Shown: piece by piece, positions 19,866 to 29,462 of the stretch | Layout: each line of letters begins with the position of its first letter | Position numbering within the stretch: the stretch's first letter is position 1 | Assembly (NCBI GenBank): GCA_050293865.1 | Contig: JBNKNN010000081.1 | Location: 1 to 59,054, forward strand | Length of the DNA: 59,054 bases | DNA from: Hydrogenophaga sp. | GTDB lineage: Bacteria > Pseudomonadota > Gammaproteobacteria > Burkholderiales > Burkholderiaceae_C | Direction of reading: 5' to 3' | Notes under the pieces: generated by a model | Databases searched by the model: none | What the model saw: the letters and a program-made list of their open reading frames with translations, nothing else | What the model was told of the DNA's origin: nothing | Program-made: the position numbers and the translations under genes

Positions 19866-21218
19866 ATGGAAGAGATCTCATTGGCAAGGCCGCTTCAGGA
19901 AGTGTCTCAGTCGCCTGCGGGTCAAGCATTGCGACAGGTCCTCACTGTCGATGATGAACCCTCCATCCTCAGTGTGCTGCGGCGTCTTTTGAGGAGGCAT
20001 GGCATCTCCTGTTTGCAGGCCACCTCTGGGAAAGACGGATTGCAGATGCTTCGAACGCATGAGGTCGACGCCGTCATTTCCGACATGCGCATGCCGGAAA
20101 TGGATGGAGCGCAGTTTCTGGAGCAGGTCAAGCAACACGACCCCAGCATTCCGCGCATCTTGCTCACCGGCTATTCCGACATTGACGCGACCATCGAAGC
20201 GATCAACCGCGGCTCCATTGATCGCTATCTGACCAAACCCTGGGATGAGCAGGAGCTGATTCTGGCGGTCAAAGATGCCATCGACCGCCGCCAGTTGATT
20301 CGCGAGAACGATGAGCTTCGGGACTTGATGGCCAAGCAGAACATCCAGCTCCGTGATGCCAATAGCACGCTGGAAGCCAAGGTAGCCGAACGCACGGCCG
20401 AGCTGGTTCAGATCAACGAGATGCTGGAGGCCGCCTACAAGGATCTCGACGACACCTGTATCGCCGCGTTCAACGTGTTGTCGGGGCTGGTCGATTTGCG
20501 CTGCAATGACGCAGGGCACTCGCGTCGTGTGGCCGAAGTCAGCAAGGAAGTTGGGTTGCGCCTGGGAATGTCAGACAAGGAGGCCCGCGATGTCTATCTG
20601 GCGGGACTGGTTCATGACATTGGCATGATCGGCTACCCCGACGACATGCTCTCAAAGGCGGAGTCGGCCTATACGCCCGAAGAAACCAAACGCCATCATC
20701 GCCATCCTCTTGAGGGCGAGACGGCACTGATGTCCATGCAGAACTTTGGCTCGGTGACCAAGATCGTGAGGCAGCACCATGAGCGAGTCGATGGCAAAGG
20801 TTTCCCCGATGGACTTGTCGCTGGCGAGATCTGTCTCGGGGCTCGAATCCTGGCCGCCGCCAGTGTTCTGGATCAGTTGCACCACGGCGCCCTGGGTGAC
20901 CATCGCCATCAGCACGAAGCCGCTTGCGACTTGATACTCGCAGCGGCCGACACCCGGTTCGATAGGAAGGTCTCGGAAACCTTGGTCAAGGTTTGGGATG
21001 AGATGCAGGTGGCTGCGCAGGACGATGTCGAGTTGGACGCCCTGCAGCTCAAGGAGGGAATGGTGTTGGCGCGCGACCTTCTCTCAAGCACCGGGGCCGT
21101 GTTGCTGGCCTCAGGCTTCGTATTCGACGAGAAGGTGGTAGGGCAGGTGACCGGCTATGCCAAGCGGCAAGGCGTCAGCATGTCCCTCTGGATACGGTCT
21201 AGCTCGCTTGGAGACTGA
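19866..21218 (+). CDS. response regulator with HD-GYP-type output domain
   Basis: REC (VDDE, SDMRMP.MDG, LTKPW), coiled coil, HS.RV, HDIG, HHER.DGKGFPDGL. Confidence 0.92.
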   Translation: MEEISLARPLQEVSQSPAGQALRQVLTVDDEPSILSVLRRLLRRHGISCLQATSGKDGLQMLRTHEVDAVISDMRMPEMDGAQFLEQVKQHDPSIPRILLTGYSDIDATIEAINRGSIDRYLTKPWDEQELILAVKDAIDRRQLIRENDELRDLMAKQNIQLRDANSTLEAKVAERTAELVQINEMLEAAYKDLDDTCIAAFNVLSGLVDLRCNDAGHSRRVAEVSKEVGLRLGMSDKEARDVYLAGLVHDIGMIGYPDDMLSKAESAYTPEETKRHHRHPLEGETALMSMQNFGSVTKIVRQHHERVDGKGFPDGLVAGEICLGARILAAASVLDQLHHGALGDHRHQHEAACDLILAAADTRFDRKVSETLVKVWDEMQVAAQDDVELDALQLKEGMVLARDLLSSTGAVLLASGFVFDEKVVGQVTGYAKRQGVSMSLWIRSSSLGD

Positions 21219-21222
21219 GAGC

Positions 21223-23451
21223 ATGCCCTTTCCACACCTGCGACCTGAACCGACCGCGCGAGAAGACGCCGAGCGGGTGCTGCCGGTGCAATCTGGGGCT
21301 ATTGACGCCTTTGATCTGGTTGGTGCCATAGGGGTGCCAGCTGCTCTGCTGCGTGGACGCCACATCCAGTTTGCGAATGAGGCGCTGGCTCGCCTAACTG
21401 GGCGTCGTTCGCCCCAGCTCGTCAGCGTGGACTTTGGCGAATTTGTGGACTCCACCTGTCGCCGAGATTGGCTTGAGGCATTGGACCAGTGCGCCAATGG
21501 GGTGGATGAGCCTCCGGTCATGGAAATCGTGATGATCACCTCCTACGGAGGTCTCCGTCCAGTCGAGCTGCACATGAAGCCGCTTCGGGTTGGAGGACAG
21601 AGCTGCGTCATGGTGACCTGCGTGGACCAAAGCGATGTCCAGCACGTGCAACAAGGTTTGATGAGCATGACCGAGTTGCTGCAACAGATCATCGACGGCG
21701 CATCTGTGGCGTGCCTTGTGGTCGATCAGAACCACCGTCTTTCCCATTGGAACGCAGCCTGTGAGCGGTTGACCAGGGTTTCCAGGTCAGAGCTTCTGGG
21801 TTCACGCGATGCCTGGAAGGCCTTCTACCTCAACGAACGGCCATTGCTGGCCGACTTGGTTGTCGACCAGGCAGGGGAGGAGGAGCTCAATGTCCATTAC
21901 GGCGACAAGTGGCGGTACTCTGACGTGGTCAACGGGGGGGTGGAGGTCGAAGCTTTCTTTCCCAAGTTCGGAGATGGTGGAAAGTGGTTGTTCTTCACTG
22001 CCGCCCCCATTCGAAATGCGAGAGGCGAAATCAACGGAGCCATTGAAACCTTGCAGGACGTCACCGCCAAGCGCAACAGTGCGGATGCGTTGCAACGACA
22101 CCGGCAGGAGCTTGAGCGCCTGGTCCAACAGCGGTCATCGGAGTTGGCCGCTTCCGTGCTGGAGTTGGAGAACTTTGTGGCCAACTCGCCAATTGGCGTG
22201 GCTTGCTCTGTCAACGGGCGCATGACCAAGGCCAACAAGGCGTTTGCGGATATGTTCGGCTTCCCTGATGAACACCTGGAAGGCGTGCCGGGCAGGGACT
22301 TCTATCCATCGGATGAGGACTACGCCGCGTTCGGTGCCGAGGCTGGTCCCTTGCTGGGGGCCGGACAGAAGGTGCACACGGAGCGCTGGATGCGCCACCA
22401 AAGTGGCAAGCCGATCTGGATACAGGTCGATGCACACGTTGTAGATGTCAACGAGCCTTCTCGTGGCACCTGGTGGGTGATGCAGGACCGCACGGAGATC
22501 CTGGCCGCGCAGTCCCTGCTGCAGCAACGCATAGAAGAACTCAACGAGACCAATGCAAAGCTGGAAGAGGCTCAGAACCAACTCTTGCAGCAGGACAAGA
22601 TGGCCTCGATTGGCCAACTGGCAGCCGGCGTTGCGCATGAGATCAACAATCCCATTGCATTCATTACGTCCAACGTCGGTTCGCTCAAGCAGTATCTGAA
22701 GCAGTTGCTCGACGCCAAAACGGCTCTCTATGCGGCTGCGGCGCAAAGCGGGGTTCCCGGGTTCCAGGAGACTGCCGAGCAGATCAGGACCCAATACGAG
22801 ATTGAGTACCTCAAGGAGGATGTTCCCCTGTTGCTTGAAGAGTGCTCCGACGGCCTGGATCGAGTGCGCCGCATCGTGCAAGACCTCAAGGACTTCTCCC
22901 GCGTGGACCACGCGGAATGGGGAGATGCCGATCTCAACCGCGGTGTGGAGTCCACCTTGAACGTGGTGCGAAACGAACTCAAGTACAAGGCGGAGGTGGT
23001 GTGCCGTTTGCAACCCCTTCCGGCCGTGCGTTGCGTCGCAGCGCAGCTCAATCAGGTGTTCATGAACCTGATTGTCAACGCAGGGCATGCTATCGAGAAG
23101 CGGGGCACTATCGTGCTGACTTCTGGCCATGAGGGGCCCTGGGCGTGGGTCCAGGTGACCGACTCGGGATGTGGCATGTCAGCAGAGGTGATGCGTCGAG
23201 TGTTCGAGCCGTTCTTCACAACCAAAGACGTAGGCAAGGGGACAGGACTGGGCTTGTCTGTTTCTTTCTCAATCGTGCAGCGCCATCGCGGGCGCATAGA
23301 CGTTCAGTCGATGCCGGGTCAGGGCACCGCATTCCGCGTCTGGGTGCCCGTTCGGGGTCCCGAATCGGTCGAGGAGGGCGTGACGCCCCCCTCCTGGGAA
23401 TGGCCCGAAGCCGACTGCAAAGATCCGGGCGCTTCGGATGGAGCGCGTTAG
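21223..23451 (+). CDS. PAS-domain sensor histidine kinase (NtrB/DctB-like HisKA)
   Basis: Three PAS-like domains; QDKMASIGQLAAGVAHEINNP; NQVFMNL; FEPFFTTK..GKGTGLGL. Confidence 0.93.
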   Translation: MPFPHLRPEPTAREDAERVLPVQSGAIDAFDLVGAIGVPAALLRGRHIQFANEALARLTGRRSPQLVSVDFGEFVDSTCRRDWLEALDQCANGVDEPPVMEIVMITSYGGLRPVELHMKPLRVGGQSCVMVTCVDQSDVQHVQQGLMSMTELLQQIIDGASVACLVVDQNHRLSHWNAACERLTRVSRSELLGSRDAWKAFYLNERPLLADLVVDQAGEEELNVHYGDKWRYSDVVNGGVEVEAFFPKFGDGGKWLFFTAAPIRNARGEINGAIETLQDVTAKRNSADALQRHRQELERLVQQRSSELAASVLELENFVANSPIGVACSVNGRMTKANKAFADMFGFPDEHLEGVPGRDFYPSDEDYAAFGAEAGPLLGAGQKVHTERWMRHQSGKPIWIQVDAHVVDVNEPSRGTWWVMQDRTEILAAQSLLQQRIEELNETNAKLEEAQNQLLQQDKMASIGQLAAGVAHEINNPIAFITSNVGSLKQYLKQLLDAKTALYAAAAQSGVPGFQETAEQIRTQYEIEYLKEDVPLLLEECSDGLDRVRRIVQDLKDFSRVDHAEWGDADLNRGVESTLNVVRNELKYKAEVVCRLQPLPAVRCVAAQLNQVFMNLIVNAGHAIEKRGTIVLTSGHEGPWAWVQVTDSGCGMSAEVMRRVFEPFFTTKDVGKGTGLGLSVSFSIVQRHRGRIDVQSMPGQGTAFRVWVPVRGPESVEEGVTPPSWEWPEADCKDPGASDGAR

Positions 23452-23530
23452 TGCGTGACCCGTTCAACCTCTGTCTCTTTCTGGCCTGGCCAATCCCACG
23501 ACCACTCATGTCAATCATTGAGCGCATCTG

Positions 23531-25168
23531 ATGCCGTCTGCACCTGCTTCCACAAATGAAGCCCAGCGCCTTGCCAGCCTGGGCCGTTTCAACATTCTGA
23601 ACAGTTTGCCGCAGCCGGCTTTCGACCACATTGCGGTCCTGGCCTCGGCTGTCTGCCAGACTCCGGTAGGTCTGGTGTCGCTGGTGAACCAGAACCGGCA
23701 GTGGATCAAATCCAGGATTGGCGCGCAGCCAAGCGAATCCGAGCAGGAGTTGGCCTTTTGCAGTCATGCCATCCTGGCGCCCGACACAGTGACGGTGGTC
23801 GAGGACACGCGGAAGGACGACCGATTTCATAACGACCTTCACGTCGAGGCCGAACCGAATGTGCGCTTCTATGCTGGCGCGCCCATCGTGACCATGGACG
23901 GTCTGGTCGTGGGGACCGTGTGCGTGATCGATCATGAGCCCAGAACTCTGGATGCTCGCCAGAGGCTCGCCCTGCAGTCGCTGGCGGACCTCGTCCTCAA
24001 CCTGATGGAGCGGGAGGAGGGCTACCAGAAAACAGTGAACGCGCATGGTCGCGAACGCCTGCGAAGGGAAGAGGTCCAGGCATCAGTGAACGCGGCCGGC
24101 CTGGATCTGCTCTCCTATGTCGATACCAGCTATACCTACCGTTTCGTCAATCGCACTTACCTTCGCTACTGGAGCAAGGACTTTGACGAGATCGTCGGGC
24201 ATAGCGTTCCAGATCTCCTGGGGGAGGACACATTCAGAGCCCTTGTGAAGCCGCAGCTTGACAAGGCGCTGGCCGGACGCGAGGTATCGTACGAAGCGGT
24301 GATCCATTTCCCAGGCATGGGCGAGCGGGCGGTGGAGATCACCTATTTGCCAGCCTTCAAATCCGATGGTTCGGTACGAGGTGCAGTGGTACGGGCGCAC
24401 GATGTGCATGACATCCGGACGCGAGAGAAGCGGTTGTTGGACACGGTCGATCAGCTCGAGCACAAAACACTTGAGCAGCAGCGTTTCATACACATCATCT
24501 CGCACGACTTGCGCGAACCCATCAACACCATCTGCAACTTTGCGGGACTTCTGAGCGAGGAAAGCGACTCCCTGTCAGCCCATGCCAGGCGCTACCTTGC
24601 TTTTGTGCAGGGTGGGGGAGACCGAATGAAGGTCTTGCTCGACGATTTGCTGGAGTTCCTGCACCTTGATCGTCATGAGGTTGCCCTGAGCGCCATCGAC
24701 ATAAACGCGATCCTGGGGCACGTTTGTGAAGACCTTGAAGGACAGATATCCCAACGAAAGGCAATAGTTCACGTTGAAACACTACCGATGGCGCAGGGGG
24801 ATGCGACGCTGCTGCGTATATTGCTGCAGAATCTGGTGAGCAATGCCGTCAAGTTCTGTCCGTCCGATCGATCGCCGCAGGTCTCCATCAGCGGTGAGAG
24901 GACTGCTGAGGAATACATTCTTCGGGTTGCCGATAACGGTATCGGTATCGCGCCCGACCAGATCGACCGGATCTTCAAGATCTTCACGCGTCTCAACAAT
25001 CGGCAGGAGTTCCCCGGTTCTGGACTGGGCTTGTCGATCTGCCGGCGCATCGCCGACTTGCACAAAGGCAGCATTCGGGTGCAATCGGAGCTGGACAAAG
25101 GCAGTTGCTTCGAGCTCAGGTTGCCACTGACCTGCGCAGACGCCGTGACCGAACCGAGGGAACCATGA
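23531..25168 (+). CDS. GAF-PAS sensor histidine kinase
   Basis: NE..RL..L, AFCSHAI, RFYAGAPI GAF; SHDLREP H-box; NL.SNA.KF; GSGLGL. Confidence 0.93.
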   Translation: MPSAPASTNEAQRLASLGRFNILNSLPQPAFDHIAVLASAVCQTPVGLVSLVNQNRQWIKSRIGAQPSESEQELAFCSHAILAPDTVTVVEDTRKDDRFHNDLHVEAEPNVRFYAGAPIVTMDGLVVGTVCVIDHEPRTLDARQRLALQSLADLVLNLMEREEGYQKTVNAHGRERLRREEVQASVNAAGLDLLSYVDTSYTYRFVNRTYLRYWSKDFDEIVGHSVPDLLGEDTFRALVKPQLDKALAGREVSYEAVIHFPGMGERAVEITYLPAFKSDGSVRGAVVRAHDVHDIRTREKRLLDTVDQLEHKTLEQQRFIHIISHDLREPINTICNFAGLLSEESDSLSAHARRYLAFVQGGGDRMKVLLDDLLEFLHLDRHEVALSAIDINAILGHVCEDLEGQISQRKAIVHVETLPMAQGDATLLRILLQNLVSNAVKFCPSDRSPQVSISGERTAEEYILRVADNGIGIAPDQIDRIFKIFTRLNNRQEFPGSGLGLSICRRIADLHKGSIRVQSELDKGSCFELRLPLTCADAVTEPREP

Positions 25169-25563
25169 ACGCATACGAGCGCTTTATCCTGATCGACGAC
25201 AACGAGGCTGACAACGTCTTTCATGAAATCATGATCCGTCGCACCGGCTTCGCGGGTGAAATCATGACTTTCTACAGTGGGCGCGAAGCGTTGGCCTTCC
25301 TTTCCCGCGACGCGCTGTCGAAGAACACATGTATCTTTCTCGACATCAACATGCCGGTGATGAGCGGATTTGAGCTGGTCGAAGCAGCCACGCCATTGCT
25401 GGAAGAGAAACCAAGCCCCATCTTTTTGATGCTGACTTCGTCGGACAATCAAGCCGACAAAGATCGTGCGAAGTCTCTCGATCTGATCAAAGGCTATGTG
25501 ACCAAACCGCTGACTGTGCCGGTCATCGAGCAGTTGATGGCCGGGGGGCTTCCAGCGGTGTAG
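25165..25563 (+). CDS. single-domain response regulator
   Basis: LIDD, FLDINMP..SGFE, MLTSS, TKPL; ATGA overlap with the kinase. Confidence 0.9.
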   Translation: MNAYERFILIDDNEADNVFHEIMIRRTGFAGEIMTFYSGREALAFLSRDALSKNTCIFLDINMPVMSGFELVEAATPLLEEKPSPIFLMLTSSDNQADKDRAKSLDLIKGYVTKPLTVPVIEQLMAGGLPAV

Positions 25564-25706
25564 TGGGATGAAGCGGCCTCAATGTTAGCGCTCATCCGTT
25601 AGAACACTCGGCCCATCATGCGTCAGGAAAGACCGGAGAACTGTTGGCCGCCAGAACATGCGGTTGAAAACCATTCCCTGCGCAGGGATCGCGTTGACTC
25701 TGGCTG

Positions 25707-25740
25707 AAAAAAAGCCTCGCAACCGTGGTTGCGAGGCTTT
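25707..25740 (-). terminator. Rho-independent terminator
   Basis: AAAGCCTCGCAACC-gt-GGTTGCGAGGCTTT with A7 on the left (U-tract on minus strand). Confidence 0.85.
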
Positions 25741-25821
25741 GGCTTGAGCCTCAGCTGTACGCCGAACCCAAGGGGTTATCCGTTGCGCAGGATGGGCACG
25801 GCGAGGTACTTCTGGTCGGGA

Positions 25822-26649
25822 TCAGTTGCCGACTTTCAGACGACCACCTTTGCCCAGACCACCTTTGACTTCCTGAGCCTTGTAGTTGCGCAGGGAAATG
25901 ACCATGCTGTTGTAGGCGTCCACGAACGCAGCCACGGCAGCCTTGCCTTCTGGCGTGCGGGAGAAACCACCCAGGGAGCCACCGGCGCTGCCGCCGAAAG
26001 CACCCAGTGCGGCACCGTAGTTGGTGGCGGTGGAGTTGCCTTCAGCAATGGCGATCTGAACGCCAGAGCGGATGTCGTACATGGTCAGGGTCACGACGGA
26101 AGAACGGGTCTCCAGGCCGCCAGCGATGCGTCCGGCAACGCCACCGAGCAGACCGCCCAGGGCGCCAGCGACGGCACCAGTGGAGTCGTTGTCGATGATG
26201 ATGGCGGGCTCCATGAAGTAGTCGGCAGCAACGCGCTGACCTTTTTGTTGCTTGGAGCCGGCACGGAACTCGCCCGAGTTGCGCTGTTTGTCGGTGATGC
26301 GGGAGAGCTTGCCCTCGGTCCTGTTGTTGCCGATGGAGGTGATCACGAAGCAGTTGGACTGCTGAACGGCCAGACGGATCAGCGGCTCGATCGTGGTCAC
26401 TTTGGTGGCGCGGCCGAAGCTTGCGTACCATTCTTTGCCGCGGCCGTCGTCCACCGCCAAAGTTCCCAATGGGGCGTCGCAACGCTCCAGGGAAGAATTG
26501 GCATTGACGCTGGTGCCGCCGGCAGCACCACCGGTGGCTGCCGTGCCATTGCCGCCGGTTGTCACTTTGCCGCCGGGGGTCACACAGCCTGCCAGTGCCA
26601 GGGAGGCGGTCAGGGCAGCCAGGCGGATGGAAACGGAAATCTTGCTCAT
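25822..26649 (-). CDS. CsgG/HfaB family lipoprotein
   Basis: LAGC lipobox, LERC..PLGTLAV, QQSNCFV, ADY..EP, Gly-rich beta hairpins. Confidence 0.8.
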   Translation of the reverse strand: MSKISVSIRLAALTASLALAGCVTPGGKVTTGGNGTAATGGAAGGTSVNANSSLERCDAPLGTLAVDDGRGKEWYASFGRATKVTTIEPLIRLAVQQSNCFVITSIGNNRTEGKLSRITDKQRNSGEFRAGSKQQKGQRVAADYFMEPAIIIDNDSTGAVAGALGGLLGGVAGRIAGGLETRSSVVTLTMYDIRSGVQIAIAEGNSTATNYGAALGAFGGSAGGSLGGFSRTPEGKAAVAAFVDAYNSMVISLRNYKAQEVKGGLGKGGRLKVGN

Positions 26650-26779
26650 GAAAGTCTTACCTTTTGCTAACTAACGGATCTACGAGATAGCGCCGGTTTG
26701 GGGTGGGGGTCTGGGGAAGTCCGCCCCGCCGGCTGAGAATAGATGAATGTGTCGCCGTTGCTGGCGGCGGGCGACAGAT

Positions 26780-27376
26780 TCAATCGTGCCGGTGGTGGTG
26801 GTGTGCCCAGCCACGGGGGCCCCAGTACCAGAAGTAGGGATAGCCACTCCACCAATAACCGTACCAGCTGGTGCGGTAGGCTTCGCGCCACTTGTACATG
26901 GCTTGTTCATCCTGCTTGCGCTCATTGGCCTCGCGCATCAGCTTCTTGGCCTCCTTGTCGCCATTGTCGGCGGCCATGGCCAGCCACTTCTCTGCTTCCT
27001 GATAGTCGGGGCCCATTTCCTCGACGCCCATGAAGTAGAAGCGGCCGAGGGCGGATTGCGCCTGGGGCAGACCGCGTTCACCGGCCTTGCGCATCCATTC
27101 GATGGACAAGTAGGCATCGCGAGGCACGCCATCGCCGCGGAAATAGCGCAGGCCGAGGTCGTAGGCGGCCTGGGGGTCTTTTTCTGCCAAAGCGCTCAGC
27201 TCGGCAACCCTGGCTTCCTGCTCTGGGTCGCCTGGCTCGTCCTGGAATGTGGCTGTGTTGCGGGGCTGCTCCGAGCACCCGGAAGAGTCACAGATGCGCA
27301 CAGGCGCGTCGGGCCCGGGCCCTGCAGCGCAGCCGGACAGACTGCCAACCACTAACAATGCAATCAGACGATTCAT
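26780..27376 (-). CDS. Sel1-repeat (TPR) lipoprotein
   Basis: LSGC lipobox; AAYDLGLRYFRGDGV..D...W..KA.E.G...AQ..LG..Y Sel1 repeats. Confidence 0.88.
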   Translation of the reverse strand: MNRLIALLVVGSLSGCAAGPGPDAPVRICDSSGCSEQPRNTATFQDEPGDPEQEARVAELSALAEKDPQAAYDLGLRYFRGDGVPRDAYLSIEWMRKAGERGLPQAQSALGRFYFMGVEEMGPDYQEAEKWLAMAADNGDKEAKKLMREANERKQDEQAMYKWREAYRTSWYGYWWSGYPYFWYWGPRGWAHHHHRHD

Positions 27377-28359
27377 GATGTGCACCTCCCTGGAATGAAG
27401 TTGGAGTTTCAGTTTTCGTAACCCTTAAGTATAAACGCGTGTGATTTTTTTGGCACATTCTGGGTTGCGCTCAACGGTAAAGATGGGCGGGTTTCGTCCC
27501 CCCATTGAATGACGAAAGCAGTGGTTGTGGGGGCGCGGCGCCCATGTGACGCTCCAGCCAATCCCTGTGCAAGCGCGGGATTTCGCTGTGCTGAAACCCT
27601 ATGCGGCAGCGCTGGGCGGTGTTCTCAAAGAAGCTTGGTCTCGCCCTTTCAAGTCAGGTGCTCACAGGCGACCAATGGCGCTTTGAGCTTGTTCAATGGC
27701 GACGTCGCGCTTGCGTTGGTCATCGTCGGCCAGGTTGGCCATGGTGGCCATCAGGCAGTGATCGACCAAAACATGGAGCGTCGAGATGCGGCTGTCCCAT
27801 GCGGCCGCTGTTCCGACCCCTTCCCCTGTCTGTATGGGCGATCGGCTGGCAGCGCTCATGAGCATTTCTTCGGCCGCTTCCTGTTGGTCGCGGGTCGTGC
27901 CTTGTTAGCGCTTGGAGGCGCGCAGACCTTCCAGCGCCTCATGCGCCGCCGCAGGGTCGGGGGACTTGAGGTGCTGACGCCGGAAGTCTTCCTCCATGGT
28001 GCTGACGCGTACAACGGGCCGGAAGATCTGGATCTCGTCGTCGACTGACAAGCGCAAGCCCGTGGGCAGTTGTCTTTCGCATGGACTGGGTCAAGCGCGA
28101 TGCAGGTTGTTGACGGGCTTGTTCAGCCGGCTTCGATTGGCCTTTTCTGAAGCGAGCCCGGTCAGGCGTGGATCATGGCGCATCAGACATCAGGCGTCTG
28201 GCGTCGGTCGCAGGATAGTCACTCATTCTGTGGCTTTCATCGGGCTTGGCCATGCCATTCTGAATGCCCATTGGATAATGGAGGCGCGTCCCGCCAGTTC
28301 GCCCCGGGGCAGGCTTTTCTTCTTTGAACGATGGGTGCAGCAACGTTAGGGATGTTTCC

Positions 28360-29046
28360 ATGACGACAGGGACCTCTGAGGCCGACTGGTTGAAGGCAGG
28401 CGTATTGGTCCTGGAAGATCTGGACGAGCCCCGTGCCTGGTTATGCGATCTTGTGCGCTCCATCTGGGACCTTGAGGTGGACGAGGCGGCCTCGATCGAG
28501 GAAGCGAAGGCCAAGATCGCCAAGAAAAGCTACGGACTGGCCTTGCTGGACTGGAGTTTGCCGGACGGTGAAGCAGGTGACTTGATTGCGCATATGGCCC
28601 GCCGCTGGCCGCAGACGGTAGTGGTGGTCAGCACCATTCATGACGACGACGAGCGCGTGTTTGCAGCGCTTCGTGCAGGCGCTCAGGGCTATATCCTGAA
28701 GTCTCAGTCCGAAGCGAAGGTTCGTGCGCAGTTGCTGGGGATTGGGCGTGGAGAGCCGGCTTTGTCGCCAGCCATTGCCCACAAGGTTCTGGCCCACTTT
28801 AGACGGGCAGATTCACCCGTGACGGAGGGGCGAAAAGACCCGGTTGCGCTCGATGAGCTGTCACCGCGAGAAGTCGAAGTTCTGCGCCTGGTCAGCAAGG
28901 GCTACCGCAACGCTGAAGTGGCCAAGCTGCTCGGACTCAGTCCTCAGACAGTGGGTAGCTACATCAAATCCATCTACAGCAAGCTGGGTATCTCCAACCG
29001 CGCAGAGGCCACGATCGAGGCAACGCGTCGCGGACTGACTCGCTAG
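28360..29046 (+). CDS. NarL/LuxR family response regulator
   Basis: LED, LLD..LPDG, ALRAGAQGYILK, LSPRE.EVL....G....E.A..L.LS..TV HTH. Confidence 0.92.
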   Translation: MTTGTSEADWLKAGVLVLEDLDEPRAWLCDLVRSIWDLEVDEAASIEEAKAKIAKKSYGLALLDWSLPDGEAGDLIAHMARRWPQTVVVVSTIHDDDERVFAALRAGAQGYILKSQSEAKVRAQLLGIGRGEPALSPAIAHKVLAHFRRADSPVTEGRKDPVALDELSPREVEVLRLVSKGYRNAEVAKLLGLSPQTVGSYIKSIYSKLGISNRAEATIEATRRGLTR

Positions 29047-29168
29047 GGCCCTAAGGCCTGCCAGCATTCTTTTTCGCATGCCACCCGTCGTCAACGAGTT
29101 CCGGTCGGCCTGGGCCGACAGGATGCTCAAGGAATCAGCTAGCGAAGATGAAAGCGAACATGCGAGTC

Positions 29169-29300
29169 ATGAAATTGGATGCAATGGTCAGGGCCTTGAA
29201 CCCTGTGTCCTGGGCTTTGGTGTGCGCCTTGGCGCTTTCGGCTTGTGGCGGAGGCAGTGATGAAGACGATGCGAACCTCATTGGCTATCCAGACAAGGTC
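29169..29300 (+). pseudogene. 5' fragment of a lipoprotein gene
   Basis: MKLDAM..ALALSACGGGSDEDD lipobox, then the frame runs antisense into other genes; right end approximate. Confidence 0.5.
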
Positions 29301-29459
29301 CAGTGGGTCCGGGAGCGAGACGGTGTTGCGCGCCACTTCCCGATCACCTTCGTAGATGATGCGCTCAACCTGATCGACCGATTGCGTGCTGGCCTCAGCG
29401 GCCGTCGCCGCCAGCAGCCACACCAGCAGGCTCAGCAGCAGACGGCAGCAGCTGCACAT
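29300..29459 (-). pseudogene. 5' fragment of an exported or membrane sensor protein
   Basis: ATG 3 nt after the upstream stop; MCSCCRLLLSLLVWLLAATAAEA signal peptide and TVSLPD, then the frame runs antisense to the lipoprotein fragment; left end approximate. Confidence 0.45.
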
Positions 29460-29462
29460 TCC

